64,000 nt of DNA. It comes from Lingula anatina. Taxonomy: Eukaryota; Animalia; Brachiopoda. The notes beneath the pieces are model-generated. The model was not told the origin of the DNA, searched no databases, and was given only the letters and a program-made list of their open reading frames with translations. Shown piece by piece: positions 36,701-50,004 of the stretch. The stretch covers positions 10,292,001-10,356,000 of the forward strand of contig CM120640.1 of assembly GCA_051362555.1 (NCBI GenBank). Direction: 5' to 3'. The stretch's first letter is position 1; each line of letters starts with the position of its first letter. The position numbers and the translations under genes are program-made.

Positions 36701-39364
36701 GTACAGGCGAAATATCATGAAATAATATTTTTATGTGAACTATTTCGACATCGTATTTCTGAGAAATAGATGGCCTCCCTAGAGAACGGATGTTTTCAGT
36801 GGAATCTGAATAATGTTCAGTTTTATGCCACAGAAAAGTCCCTCCTACGCTATCTTTCTCTTATTTTTGGTCCTTAGGAGAACGAGAAACCTACTGATTG
36901 CCTTATTAGTAAATGACTTTACTGCATTAGGCAACCATGTCCCTATCGATTCTTAGATAGAGTCAAATAATCCAATGACCTTAAGTTAAATTTCTTACCC
37001 TTTGGAACAGGGGAACTAGCTTGATAGAATAATTTAAAGTTAATATCAGTGCATCAACTGTCCTATTTTTTGCTTGTTGCATGCTGTTCATTTCAGCACG
37101 GGTTGGGATATTTTTTTATTCCACGTTTTACTGTCTGTGATTTGATAAACAGTTTTGATATATTGATGGGTTCATCTAAAACAACGAAACTGAGAATTTA
37201 TGATTTGCGTAGTTTTTTTTATAAATCACAGAGGTCTTTGAAGACCTGGTGATTATTACTATTCTATTCTATTCTATTCTTCTCGACCAAATATCATAAC
37301 GCTCAGCCAAATATGAATCACTGGATGATGTATCATATTGCTTTATTGTGCTTTTGGTATGCTTATAAATTAATATGTAACAAGTTTTCTCTCAAAGAGA
37401 ATACCAGTTATAAAGACATACCCGTTAAATAAGAAGCTAAACTTTTTTTAAAATATGCAAATATAATAGAAATACTCTGCTTTTTTGTTAGCATAACGCA
37501 GTATAACATTGCCGCAAATTCAAATTTTGGATAAGCCAATCATCTTTTTAACGCATTAAGTCTTCTCACGTTCACTGTTTAGACTATCCGAATGCTAATT
37601 ATGCTTTAGATGAGATAACCTATCATGATTCGTTGGTCCAAAACAACACAACATGGTAATTAACATTTAGCGAGATTTTTTTGTCAGGAGTGTAGTTGAA
37701 CTACATTTTCCCAAGCTTAGCGCAATGGTTTCCTCCACTGTCAATCAAAGGGATTTCCAACGGATTTTCAAAGTAATGCATTGTAATGAGATTGTGAACT
37801 GCAAGAATGCATTTTTTTATTATATCCATTATTAAATATACTCCCCTAGCAACTAAAAAGTATCACTCCTAATGCAATGCGTAGTGATACAGAAAATCAT
37901 GTCATGAACCAATGTCTTTTATTCAACTTCTAAAAGGATTGTTCATATTAGTGATTGTATAACGAATTTATAAGCTAACCATAGAAATAAAACCAAAGCC
38001 ACATTTGGTAGACGCGCCTGTGTGTGCAATCAAAAACTTCTGTGACGTTTGTGCAGTGATAGTATTCCACATATGATGCAAAGATAGTATGAGATCATTT
38101 CTGTTTGCTTGATATCCCTCACATTCTCACCCCCTTTCCTTTGTCACTTACTTACCAGTAACCTTATGGTAATAAATGTGAGGCTTACTTATTGCTTACC
38201 TTATTAACTATATCTCTTGGTTTCAGTAGCTTTTCAAGCGGGTACAGCGGGTATTCAAATATTCTTTGGTATTGGACAAAACGCAAGCTAAAGCTTTATC
38301 CTCCCCATTCTTCAGTATACCCATTTCCGTACAGATTCACAATTCAGGAAATCAATCCCTGAATGCCGGGTTATGGACTTCGTTAATCTTCCTCAAGTAG
38401 GTCTTCTTCAGACCAACGTAGACTCTATGCCGCCGCTACGTGTTAAATAAACTGTGCATACCTGTATATACAGTTCCTCAATATACCTTCCTTACGCATC
38501 ATATTTCATTTCACCGATTGTCACAATCATGTTTCGTAATCAAGTCTGTTAATTGGACAAATTACTTCATTACTTCACTGTCAAATCTGCGTTAAATAAT
38601 CGTACGTCTTGTAATTTAATATTACCACATTAAAAGCACATTCGCATAACAATCACATTACCTCTCTTGGCTTGCGTGTTGTAGGTGGATGTCTGAAAGA
38701 GCAATTTGCATCTCAGATGGTCTTCATATTCATCTTTATTTATTCGTATGCTTTTCAGAAATTGTAATACAAAATGGCAACTGTCACAGAAACGAAATGA
38801 TAAGAATTAACTGCAATTTACATCAAATCAGCACAAAGGGCATCTGTAGAAGAAACGGTCATGAACCCGGTTTGACACCGAGAAAGCAAAAGAATACGAC
38901 CGCTGAACAATCATTACCGATTTGATGTCGTTGAATCCGAACAAAGAAAATTCTGTGACAGACGAAGAAGGACAGGTGATTATTTCATTTAGAAATAAAT
39001 GTCAGTTATAGTAAAATCGATGAAAATGATAGAATGAATCACCTCGCGGTTTAACTTTCGTCTATAAAACAGTCAATTTACTCTTTCTGTTTTTTAAAAA
39101 GAATAAGTCAATTAAGTCATTTTTTTTAAATTGAGTATAAGTCCTACAGATATTTCAGCGTTTTGGTGTATCTCATCAAGCAGGTATACCGTATTTCGTG
39201 AAAAAAAATTGTTTTGGATTACTGTAATTATGGCTCGCACGCACGGTCACTAAGTCTGTCAAATTCAAGGAATAATAGATCAAAATAACATATTGAATTT
39301 AGACCAGAATAATAAAACTGCACAAAATAAAGAGCCTTTAATACACGCAGGACTATATGTTAAT

Positions 39365-39366
<2 letters not shown>

Positions 39367-39420
<54 letters not shown>
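39367..39420. repeat. (TA)n microsatellite
   Basis: Uninterrupted AT run of about 54 bp. Confidence 0.95.
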
Positions 39421-39423
<3 letters not shown>

Positions 39424-40544
39424 TTCTGATAATAATGTAAGAGGGATAACAGCTCTTCTTATGATATTCATATTGCACGATAAATACATTGCAAACATCT
39501 AATAGAAATATGATTTTTTTCCATTTTGTCACCAAAGCAGGGGTTATCGCAATCATTCTGTAGTTTATGCTCGTCATCAGACTACGTGGACCTACTTGAA
39601 TGACTATACCTCCGTTAAAATTTCTTAAGAGATTATTACAAAAACCCAAACATTGACTAACTTTGAATATAGGGATGGATTCATTAACAATTGGTAAATA
39701 TGTGAAAATCGTCGTTTATCCCAGGAAAATCTGTTTTTCTTTCCAAAGCGAACAGTTGTTATGCCTTTAAAGAGTATTAATCAATATAATCGACTTACTA
39801 GAGCGTCTCGTGCATGAGTTGTAGGGAGTAAAGAAGTATATTCTTAACCATTCGAAAAATTCAGATACATGAATTCGTGTCAAATTAGCATTCTAACTGC
39901 ATGTTGTGTGGCACTGGGGAGTTTCTGCTTCGCTAAAGAAAATGAATATTGAATCTTGCCAACTAAAATCAATTTTATAACCAAACAGACGTTAAATGTA
40001 TAAAGGTATCAAATTAAAGTACTTTGACATTTGTCGCACATGTAGCGAAGTCGCAGAAATGAGATTATTGAACGTTAATTGAAAAGATTTCTATGACAAA
40101 AAACGTGTCTCGAGTTGCAGTTTCCTTGTCCTGGCAGGTCAGGTTATCAGTTAGTAGCCTAGCCTAGCTTACTGAAGATCTTCAGCTGGAGACATCCATT
40201 ACAACGTGAATAAGGCAAAAATTATTGAACATTATTCTCTGTTATTAACGTGAATCTGACGTTTGCATTAACTGCATTCTGATAAAAGAGGTTTGTTGGC
40301 AATGAACTCTCTGTAACTCTGGGTAGCATGATGCTACAGCTGAAACCTCGGGGAGATAAAAAAAAAAGAGAGAATGGAGATCAGGGAGATTGATGATGAT
40401 ACTGTCTAAATGTCAACCTTTGTGTAAATCTATTTTTGAATTGATATGGTACCAGAGTTATAGAATAAATGTCGTTAGGTAAAAGTCATTGTAAAAATGG
40501 ACTTGTATAGAAATAAATAAGAATGGTAATGAAAACCCTGTAGC

Positions 40545-43500
40545 TTAATGCAGTATCCAAATTAACCCACATGCGATGAACCCAGCCAGTGCGTTTGCTG
40601 TGCCAGCCAAAACTGCGGCATTTGTCTCGCTGTCTAAGAGCATGGAACGCAGCACCTCAAGGGACCCGTTGTTTGGAGCTGGATTTAAGCCTTTAATGAA
40701 ACAGAGAAATATCTTATTTGCGAAAGGCACGTAGTAAGTTTCGACCAAAATAAAAAACACAGTATCCGTGAATCGTATCATGAATTTAAACACTGTAATC
40801 AGAGTGACTGAAGAAAATAGATTTGATATTTGGCATGTCAAAGAAAGGATCAAAATGCGTTTCATAGAGTGCCACAAACTAAAACGCCGCTCACTATGCG
40901 TTGACTGTAAAGTAAAAACACCAAGACATTGAAGATGCTCAAATTGAGCCGCTTTAGTATCAACTGGTAAAAGTTACCTATTACGTGGCACATCAGTTCG
41001 TAAAGCTGCACGGATTCAAATGGGTCAACTATTTGATTCTTCTTAAAAGATGGTCCCTCGGCAAGGAAAATGGTCCTCATATTAACGTCATCATTGTCAA
41101 AGCCATGACCGCCAGCCTCGAGTTTAGTTCCATCGAATACCTTGAAGAATGGAAGTAAACCATAAAAAAAAACACTCCCCGCAAACTTATCTACAGATAT
41201 TTCAAATATGGCATCTATATCAACATAAGAAGCATTCACATAAGCTTTACCTTAACTTTAACTGAACTTACCCATTCTGATTGAATTGTAGTCACCATAT
41301 AGAAATGTATAAAAAAAAATAAGCTTACAATGTTCCTGTGGAATACACTACACAGCTAATTTCTTTATAATAATAAGAAGAAGAAGAAGAAGAAAAGGAA
41401 TAATATAGTGACTGTCTGTTAAAATATAACTCAAGCAAAACAATCAATTAGTCAGTTTTATGTCCGGAGTACGGGAACTGCTCACCAAAACAGTTCAAAG
41501 TTAAAGGGATAATAACTCTTGATTTTGGCGAGAAAAATGACATAAAATGGATTTTCCAGGGGTAAACGACGATTTGCCCATACTTTCCAACATTCCGACA
41601 TTCAAAGTTTATCAATATTTTTTGAGTTTTGTTTTTTGTAATGATCTCTTAAGAGATTATTATGGAGGGTAATCCTCTTTGAAGGCTAGATAGCAAGTAC
41701 GATTTCAGATTAATTAATAATAATTTTGATGGTAAAATGGAATTTATTACATTTATATGTGTTGTTTACAATGTATTCATTGTTATTTTTTTATCTCACA
41801 TAAAGATTTGTTATCCCTTTATGCACAATGTGAACGGAATGTTAGTAAATTTTCCTGTCTTGTGCGTGAATCATTGAAAAAATGCATCGAGTCTTAGAAT
41901 TGCTTTAGGATCTTGAAGAAATAATGAGGTTAATGAAATGGCATAGTTTGTTCTTACCGTAAATATCTCCCAGGGGTCCTCAGTCATAGCTATGATCGGT
42001 AATATCCTGTTGTTCGAACTAAAATGAAGTCTGTTGGGAACGTTTTCCTTACGATAAACTTTCATATGAACACTGGCGTTCTGCAGCTGTTGTAAAACAG
42101 GTTCCAGCCTTCCTTCTCTTGGAAGAATCATAGCCAGTGGCCCGTAATTTGCTACAATATAGGTTACGTCGTCTGGATTAATGAAATCGTAGAGTTGAAC
42201 CTTCTTATCTCTATAAATGTTCGCCATACCGTGGTCACTCGTTACAATGATGTTCACTTTGTTAGACAGCTGAGACGCTTCTATCTTGTCCAACAATCGT
42301 CCAAGGGTTTCATCAGCATTAGTGATCTATTGTAAAAAGGTATTATCAAATAGAAAACTCGCATATGCAAGAATATATACGTAAAATACAAGTTGGCGAT
42401 GTAATATGCAGAAGCACCAATGTGAAGCAACATGAAAACAATGCAATATCTTTACAAAAAGCCAGTACAAAAGCCGGTGTAACGAAACAGAGGGTCCGTG
42501 TAACAGAAAGTCCGCCCTCAATTTAGTTATAATGGTTAGGGTTAGTCTGTGGATCAAATCCTAGGGCGAGGCATATCTGTACCAGGCCTGTGTACAAATG
42601 ATTGGGAAGCCGAATCTCTGTCATGGGGGACCCTCTGTCACGTTACACCGGTTCATTGCCTTATGCACTAAAATATTAAATACGCTAAATGAATATTTGT
42701 TGCGGCTTGCGGTGGGTGTGGTGTTGGTGAGAAGAATGGTTTGAAAGAAAAAACTGGTATGTGGTGCCATCGGGCGAAGCTGATATTGGTCAATACTTTT
42801 CAAGGTATCAAAAAGTGATAGAGAGCATCTCTTAAATAATCTGAAACATTTGCATTTCCCAACTTACTAATAGTTGATTTGCTTGTAGTTTGCTTCATTT
42901 CTTGTTTTCAAAAACATTGAATCGTATTGACCTGCTGTTTAACTTCATCCGAATCAGGACCGTATGCATGCCCAACATGGTCCGGCTCGCTGAAATGAAC
43001 AGCCACGAAAGCTACTCCTTCTGTTAGCCACGCAATCGCTGCCTTTACGCCCTCTTCTCGAGTAACACTACTGTTTACGGGATCCTCGCTTACAAAATAC
43101 GTTGCTGTATAATTCTTTATCTTTACTTCGCCACCATAGTAATTGAATGTTGCGCTTTTTCTTCCTGAAATAACAGAGGAACAACACTGCTTTGGAACAA
43201 CTTTTGCGAAGGCTACTTGAAACTTGCAAACTTTTTCACTGATGTAACAGGTGTCACTGGGTTTTGCAGAAAGCATTATTCATTACTGTTATTTTCTCCA
43301 GTTCATTCTTTTAAAAATCGTTGGTTTTCTGGACTTTTTTTTTCATTCTACATCTTTTAGATTTTAGTATTCAGTTAAGGTAACAACAGAAGAGTGTGTT
43401 TAAGGGCAGTTCTGGTACCTTGCAGCCTGGCTGTAACCCATATGGGTTCGGCCCCTGTATCCCACCACTTGGATTCGTTTCTTGTTTCTCTGGTTATCGT

Positions 43501-44155
43501 TTCATTCAAGTCTGGGTCATACATGATATTATGAACTACTCCGTGGCTCTCGGGGTACAATCCTTGAATGACAATTACAGTGTGAGCTCACCAATCATCA
43601 TAGCATACTGTGATGAGAAAAATGTCTCTTTTGGGGTTTTCAACATTTTCCTCCAAGAAGAAGACTCATATTCAGAAAACTTACCCGCGTTCAAAGTATG
43701 GATCTCAGTCCACGTTATGAAAATGCACGAATGGTCGTCTTGACTTTGTCTCCATGTTTGACCAGAACCCCTGGCACAAATTCTTTATGTTTTTACAAAG
43801 ATATCTCAACAGTAAACCTATTGAAGATTCCAGCTTCAAAGGTATATGTTTCCTATCACATTTTAATACTTTTTGGTTTGAGTTAACTTTCTGAACTCCA
43901 AAGTGTTGCCTTACCTGTAGCAATGGTGTGGTGCGCTGGGAGCGTCAATGTGGGGAACGCAGGGGTCATATATTTCGCCTTAACACCACGTCTGGCCATT
44001 CGATCGAAATTCGGAGTGTCCACTTTGTCCAAATAGTCCCAGTGGAAACCATCAAATGATACCAACAGCAGCTGCTGTGTTTCCTGAGACAGAACAACCG
44101 CGATAACTGGTAAGATATTCACCAAAGCGGCAAAACAAATCACAAATTGCTTCAT
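40545..44155 (-). CDS. ENPP7: Ectonucleotide pyrophosphatase/phosphodiesterase, ENPP7 (alkaline sphingomyelinase)-like, probably GPI-anchored
   Basis: Exons 44155-43915, 43562-43419, 43164-42932, 42326-41958, 41140-40978 and 40690-40545, 431 aa in frame. Signal peptide, LLLVSFDGF, GVKAKYMTPAFPTLT (catalytic Thr), HGVVHN, EPDHVGH, TSDHGM, YGPLAMILPREGRLE, GHGFDN, PFESVQLYELMC and a hydrophobic C-terminal tail. These motifs resemble ENPP7 more than ENPP4/5/6 as I recall them; orthology is untested. Confidence 0.85.
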
Positions 44156-46860
44156 TTTTGTGAGTTGTACTGGTCTTGAAGATTTAAGAAGGATGTAAAG
44201 TCCATCAACGCAGACAAAGGCTACGCACAGTTAAAGTAAATAAGAATGTTTGCAAATGTAACAAGTGATAAGATAACGACCATTTTACCATATGTTGATC
44301 ATTCGTACAATGTACCCAGTGGTTGCGTATATATCATCTGAAACATCTGCTCGTCTGAAAAAAAGTATTTGAAAGAATGTATCTCCTGCCACTCCTAACC
44401 ATGCTCAATCTTTATCAGCAATCAAACAGCGCGTGTATTTTAATTTTTGGTACCGTAATAATTAATTTGATCTTTATTTTAAGCACGCATACTGCACTCG
44501 GAAAGTGTAGTAGGCTTTTAAAGAATCAATTGTTATCATTTTGTCGCCATGAGAGCTACTGCGAGGTATCCTGCAATTGTGATTGCTGTATTGAAGCATT
44601 CGACTCGCTGCCTTTTAGGAGTCGAAAAATGTTAAGGGTTATAGTTAGGAATCTGAAGTACGGGTTACAGGTAGGTAAATCTGATGATTGATGATTATGA
44701 TACAATCTCGGTATAACAGTGGTAACCAATTTTAACCCCCGCCTTTTTACCTACATCAGTCACAAAGGCAGGTAGCTCGGGGTTCATGCATGTTCCCTCT
44801 TTTTGTTTATCTTGGTGGGTAGCCTGCCACTAAAAGTTTGCTCCCTATATTTGTAACGGATCTACAATTTGATCTACAACTGTGCAATGTACGCACATAT
44901 ATGGAAGACCTCTGTGAACGATATCGAGCTACTCGTCCAACAAAACAAACCCTCGCGCCAAATTTTTGCTTATTGGTGTAATTTGTTTTGTATACAACTA
45001 CATATGTCTATATTAAAATGTCTTATTAGGCTTTCCATAATAAAAAGTTAGCCTGCATGTGCTGTCGTTATTGTCAACACTAGTAAGTACTCATTGGATA
45101 GGGAAGTTTCAGTTCCCGTTTTTGAAAAAAACATCATCAATGAATAAAAGGCTGATGAATCATTATCTAAATATTCTGAAATTGTGTTAAATACCACCGA
45201 GGCTTTTAATTAGAAAAATAATAAAATTTCGCGACAATAGTGTATTGGATGAAATACTTTGTGTTAAATAACAGTGGGTCTCATTACAGAAAAACAGACC
45301 ATATGATCGACGGCACGTAATGCCAGGATAATTACGCGCCGTTCAAAACTGACAAAAATATAAGGCATTGTTAATGTGACTGCCAGGACAACATTTCAGT
45401 TTAAGAAATGCGGGTGGGATGTTGTCACGAGGTCAAAGCTTCTGGAATATGCATGTACGTGACTTTAAACACACCCTTTTATGTTTTTACTTATTCTAGG
45501 AACAAGACAGTCAAATAAACATTGTTTCCTCTAAACTTAGATACTGGTCCAACACACTGAAGAAATGGACATGATATTAACCGTCAATCTGTTACAAGAT
45601 TCGATCTTCATCCACTAGTTGACATGATTTACCGATATAAATTCGCTTTCTGTTCCAAAATACACACAGGCACACACTATAGTGTCACTGAAAATAAAAT
45701 AGGCCTAATGATATTCCCCCCTCCTATGCATATCTAAATTAATCACAAATAAAAAGCAAACACTTCTTGTGTTAAATGTTATCTGCAGACATAATATAAT
45801 AATAAGAAAATTATCTTGAAATAGAAATTCGAAAGGTTTTCAAAATATTAACTGTCCTTTGTTGTCATGGCATCCTCGTATTATTTCGTTTTTAACTGAA
45901 CATTTACACCAAAACTTATTTCTAAACTTAATCTAATAGCCTTAGTTCCATTGCTCAAAATAGAATATAATCCAATAATCTATGACAGAGTGAAATTTGG
46001 GGTACGGTGAAAAAAAAAAGCCATTGCTTTTGCCTATTCTTTTGGCTCCCAATAGAAGTTATAAGCTGTGTTCTGGTAGAATATGTACTTGCCGAGAACA
46101 GGGGTCTTTCCTTTCTTCCATCGGTTTATTTCACCCAATCGCTGCATGCCGCATACTTTGGGTATACCAGTATGTGTGCCGATGACGACACAATATATTA
46201 TTTTCAAATGGCAAGAGTGACGCCTTTCCTGATAACATGTTCGTAGGGGAGTTTCATAGGCACAGCTGCTGTGAATACCGCCATTCAGTAAGTTTCAGAT
46301 TAAGATCAGACAATTTTTCATACATTGGTGAATCAAATCTCTTTAAATTGATATATAAAGATTTATTAAATGTTCGTTGAAATTTAACAATGATAACTTT
46401 AGAATTAAGTTAGAATTAAATGGCACTTGTAGTACAACCAACAGTTTTTCTTTTTTAAATGTGCAAGTAAATGTTTTGATCTATAAAACTTTAAAAACAA
46501 TGTGAGAGTCGATAGGTACTTTTATTTTATTTATGTTTTTTTTTTTTGGGGGGGGGGGGGTAAAATTATTTGTTTATTGTGTTTTACACCTAAAGTCCGC
46601 CCATGGTTCCTGAAATGTTTGATTCACGCCTGCAAGACTCCTGTTTATTCAGAAATAATGAGATGTTCTTAAAAGGCATATTATTATTGTTATTATTATT
46701 CTATTTTTATTGTTAAGGGCGAACAATACTCAATTAAAAAGGATAATTGTCGCGTTTACGTTTTATGTCCAATGCAAACTAAAATTTACGTTTGGATTAA
46801 TTAACATTTTAGGATACCTCTGATACTTGATTAAAAAAAAACACAAACTGCAGATTGAAG

Positions 46861-48765
46861 ATGAAGTTCCAAATCGTGATTGTGGGCCTGTGTGTTGTCT
46901 CCATGGCGACAAGCGTGTAAGCACTGGAATTTGTGTCTCTTTCTCTCTCTCATTCTCTCTCCATATGAATTGTTTATTAATGATTAGGGGTGCATTGAAA
47001 GTTGCTGTGTTGATTGGTTCGAGTTCTGGTTGAATTTTGGCGTAAGAAGGACAGAAATGCAATACATCAAAATCATCGTGTAGCATTGCTACTTGTTGTT
47101 GGTTTCATGAAATATGTGTATACTTCTACATATACCGTTATCGCAGTCCCAATCCCTATCCAGGCAGATTGGAAACACAAATTAACAGCATAAGTTAAAT
47201 AATTACAGTTATAATATATTATTTAATATCAGTTATTGATTGATTGATAAATACGGCAGATAAGGGTAGAAATAACTTGGCTGGATAACTTTCTTGAGAC
47301 AGCGTTTTAATATACGTATTGAGTAATTTGTTATATAAAAGAAAAGATGTGCATTTTCAGGATTTACATTCTTAAACCAACACTGCTTTTAGTTTAAATT
47401 TTTATTGGGTATTCAACAAATAATTGAAATGATCAATTCAATTATTCAATAAATGAATGAAGTGATCATTTGGAATTTTGGGATATACTTTTTATATTTG
47501 ATTTATTATTTCCTTTTGTTCAAACACGTAGAATTGATTTTGAGTAAATAGTCTCAAAGTATCTTGGAAGAATTATTTTACTTTAAATCAAAGGGAGAAT
47601 ATTCATTTGAAAAACTGCTAGATTGTTTTTCTTTTTAACTGGTCTATCTTAAAACTAAATTAAATCTAGTTATAACTAATGCTGGTACATGTAACAATGC
47701 AGTATACTCAATTCGGACTAAAAATCTGTATGGATTGGGATTGGGCCTGCGAAATATATTTCTTTTCCCATCAGCACCTAAAAACACATACGCATTAAGA
47801 GATACCTTCCAAAAACTAGTTTCGCGTTGTTTTAGTTGTGGTCGTGAAAATGGGACAGAATCTCCTCAAACAGAAAAGGAGATAGGGGCGTTACTTTGCG
47901 ATATCATTGACAGCAATAACGATGGTAAATTCAGTGTACTAGAATTGGTCGCCTTTTGGTATGCTGCCGACACAGACGGTAGGTATAAGTACCGTTATTT
48001 TGTGCTGGTGATGGTTGACGTTTTAATCGAGTGTGCTTCATATCATATGGGTGAAGAACAATGGCTGTTTAGCAGACCACAAAAAGTGCTGCCCCTCGAT
48101 CGATATCACTTTTCTGGGGTCTGCAGAGGAATGTATTGAACAAAAACAAAATTCAGTAATTGTTTTACTGTATAATTTGCAACCCGAATGACCTTCTTCA
48201 AAAATATAACCAAAGTTGCAACATCGCTGTCATTCGTAAACGTTGTAAAATCAGATCGCAATATTGTTTTGTGATGTCGTCATCGGTCAACATTGAGGTT
48301 TACAAAACCTCACGTTTCAGATATACTGCTGTAAGATCGCATTCTGTGCCTATTATAAAACAAAACAGTAGTAGTAGGCCTAATGATTACCTTATATATG
48401 ACTTGTGGTCGTTCTATATACTGTTGAAGTTACTGGTAACTACTGAATGTGAGCTTTATAACTTATAACAATGATAGTAAAAATTTTCCATGTTAAATTT
48501 ATATCTCATGGAATAAAACTCCTAAAAAACTTGACAATGCCTGTTGTTTTTCTGGTTTTCAGAAAATGATATAGTAACATCCAGTGAATATGTGAACTAT
48601 TTCATAAAAATCAATCCCAAAATTCAACCACACTGGATTCGTGCACTCGTCGAGTTAACCGATTTCAATAAAGATGGAGTTCTGTCCATAGATGATTTAG
48701 GCATTTTAATCGAAATAGATACCAATGGTAAGTGTGTCTTATTCCTCCGCCTGCAAGTGATTTTC

Positions 48766-48805
<40 letters not shown>

Positions 48806-50004
48806 TTTAGTATCATACTTAAGCTGCATTAGTACTTGCTTCTTCAAGTAGGCAAAAACAAAATCTCTACTTGAAGCTGAAGCTGTCAAATATCTTAAAA
48901 CCATTTTAACTGATTTTTATAAACACGCCGACTTATGCCACATCTAGTCAGTGTTCATTCATGTTACCTCACAAAGAGTTAATGGTGTTTTTTTATTTCA
49001 GGAGATGGAGTCTCATCCGTTGAAGAATGTATTGAGCGATGTGCAATGGTACTGAGTATGCTTAATTATTACAATGCTTTCAATACTGTGAGGACATGGT
49101 ATTTTTTCTGTATGAAATAATTCTGATTGCGCACTTCCAGTAGTAAAACCTTTTTTATTAGTCCTTGTTAATAAAAGCCTGGGTCACATTTGCCACGGGC
49201 GCCACGTACGATGAAATTGTTTACGAAGTTCCGTGCCATTTTTTTTTTTTTTTTTTTTTTTTTTGGCATCGAGATTGGCCACAGTCTACGGTGAGTATGT
49301 TTACACTGTATGGCTATCAAACATAGCCATTTCGCCCACATGACCTTGAGTTCAGGTTGGGAAAATCGGTTTGCTGGTTGAAAAGTTAATATATGGAGCC
49401 GTCTCAATCTCAGTGTAGTTGGCGTACATATAGTACACCCTCCGCACGACCGTTCAGTGCTGATTGATACGTTGTTGGTGCAGCACCTTGCGTTTCTGAG
49501 CACCCGCGTGGTCATAATAATTTTAAACATCTTATCTATTGTTATGCCCCCTTTAACTGAAAAAAAGAAAAAAAAAAAAAAAAAGAAATCCGTAACAAGT
49601 CTGCGTCTCGCAAGACAATTTTGCTTGCTGCACGATCACCGCACTGAGCAGAACAATGTCCGTTAGGGAATTGTGCAATCTACGATATTGCTACGGCCTA
49701 CAGGCTAAGGATTTTAAAAAAAATTGCTTAAAAGAACGATTTTGTACGGTCAGTCCCTGCACGGACGGCACACGGAAACTGATATTCGGTCAGCAAACGG
49801 GCACCGTTCGCGGACATAAATGGCAAATGCAACCTAGGCTTTATCTAGGGTTGAAAATACCAGACTCGATAAAAACCTAATATGTCTAAGTGGGTTATTA
49901 TTTGTGCCATAAATTGTTTCAGGAAATTTCATTCGTATTGCGCTCCTCGTACTATATTCAATCACTTTCAGGTTTTGAAAAAGCACAACTCACAGCTGGT
50001 GTAG
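46861..50004 (+). CDS. Small secreted EF-hand calcium-binding protein (four loops), about 147 aa
   Basis: Exons 46861-46916, 47836-47978, 48563-48727, 49002-49048 and 49972-50004 (last exon least certain) join in frame. Signal peptide MKFQIVIVGLCVVSMATS. Loops DSNNDGKFSVLE, DTDENDIVTSSE, DFNKDGVLSIDD and DTNGDGVSSVEE. Confidence 0.8.
48767..48804. repeat. (CA)n microsatellite
   Basis: Direct CA run in an intron of the EF-hand gene. Confidence 0.95.
49176..49840. mobile_element. Non-autonomous DNA transposon (MITE, Harbinger-like ends) in the last intron of the EF-hand gene
   Basis: TIRs AGCCTGGGTCACATTTGCCA and TGGCAAATGCAACCTAGGCT (17/20 match). The interior is richer in GC and CpG than the flanks and has poly-T and poly-A tracts. 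The TSD is not clean (AAA left, TTA right). Confidence 0.7.

Noticed and set aside
39280-39649. ORFs containing YIYIYI runs
   Set aside because: They are translations of a (TA)n microsatellite.
46177-46293. Alternative first exon for the EF-hand gene ending at a GTAAGT donor
   Set aside because: The only open ATG frame reaches the donor in phase 0 whereas exon 2 needs phase 2, and it encodes no signal peptide. It could still be a non-coding 5' exon.
46897-46910. RFX X-box-like palindrome GTCTCCATGGCGAC
   Set aside because: It lies inside the signal-peptide coding exon of the EF-hand gene, so coding sequence explains it.
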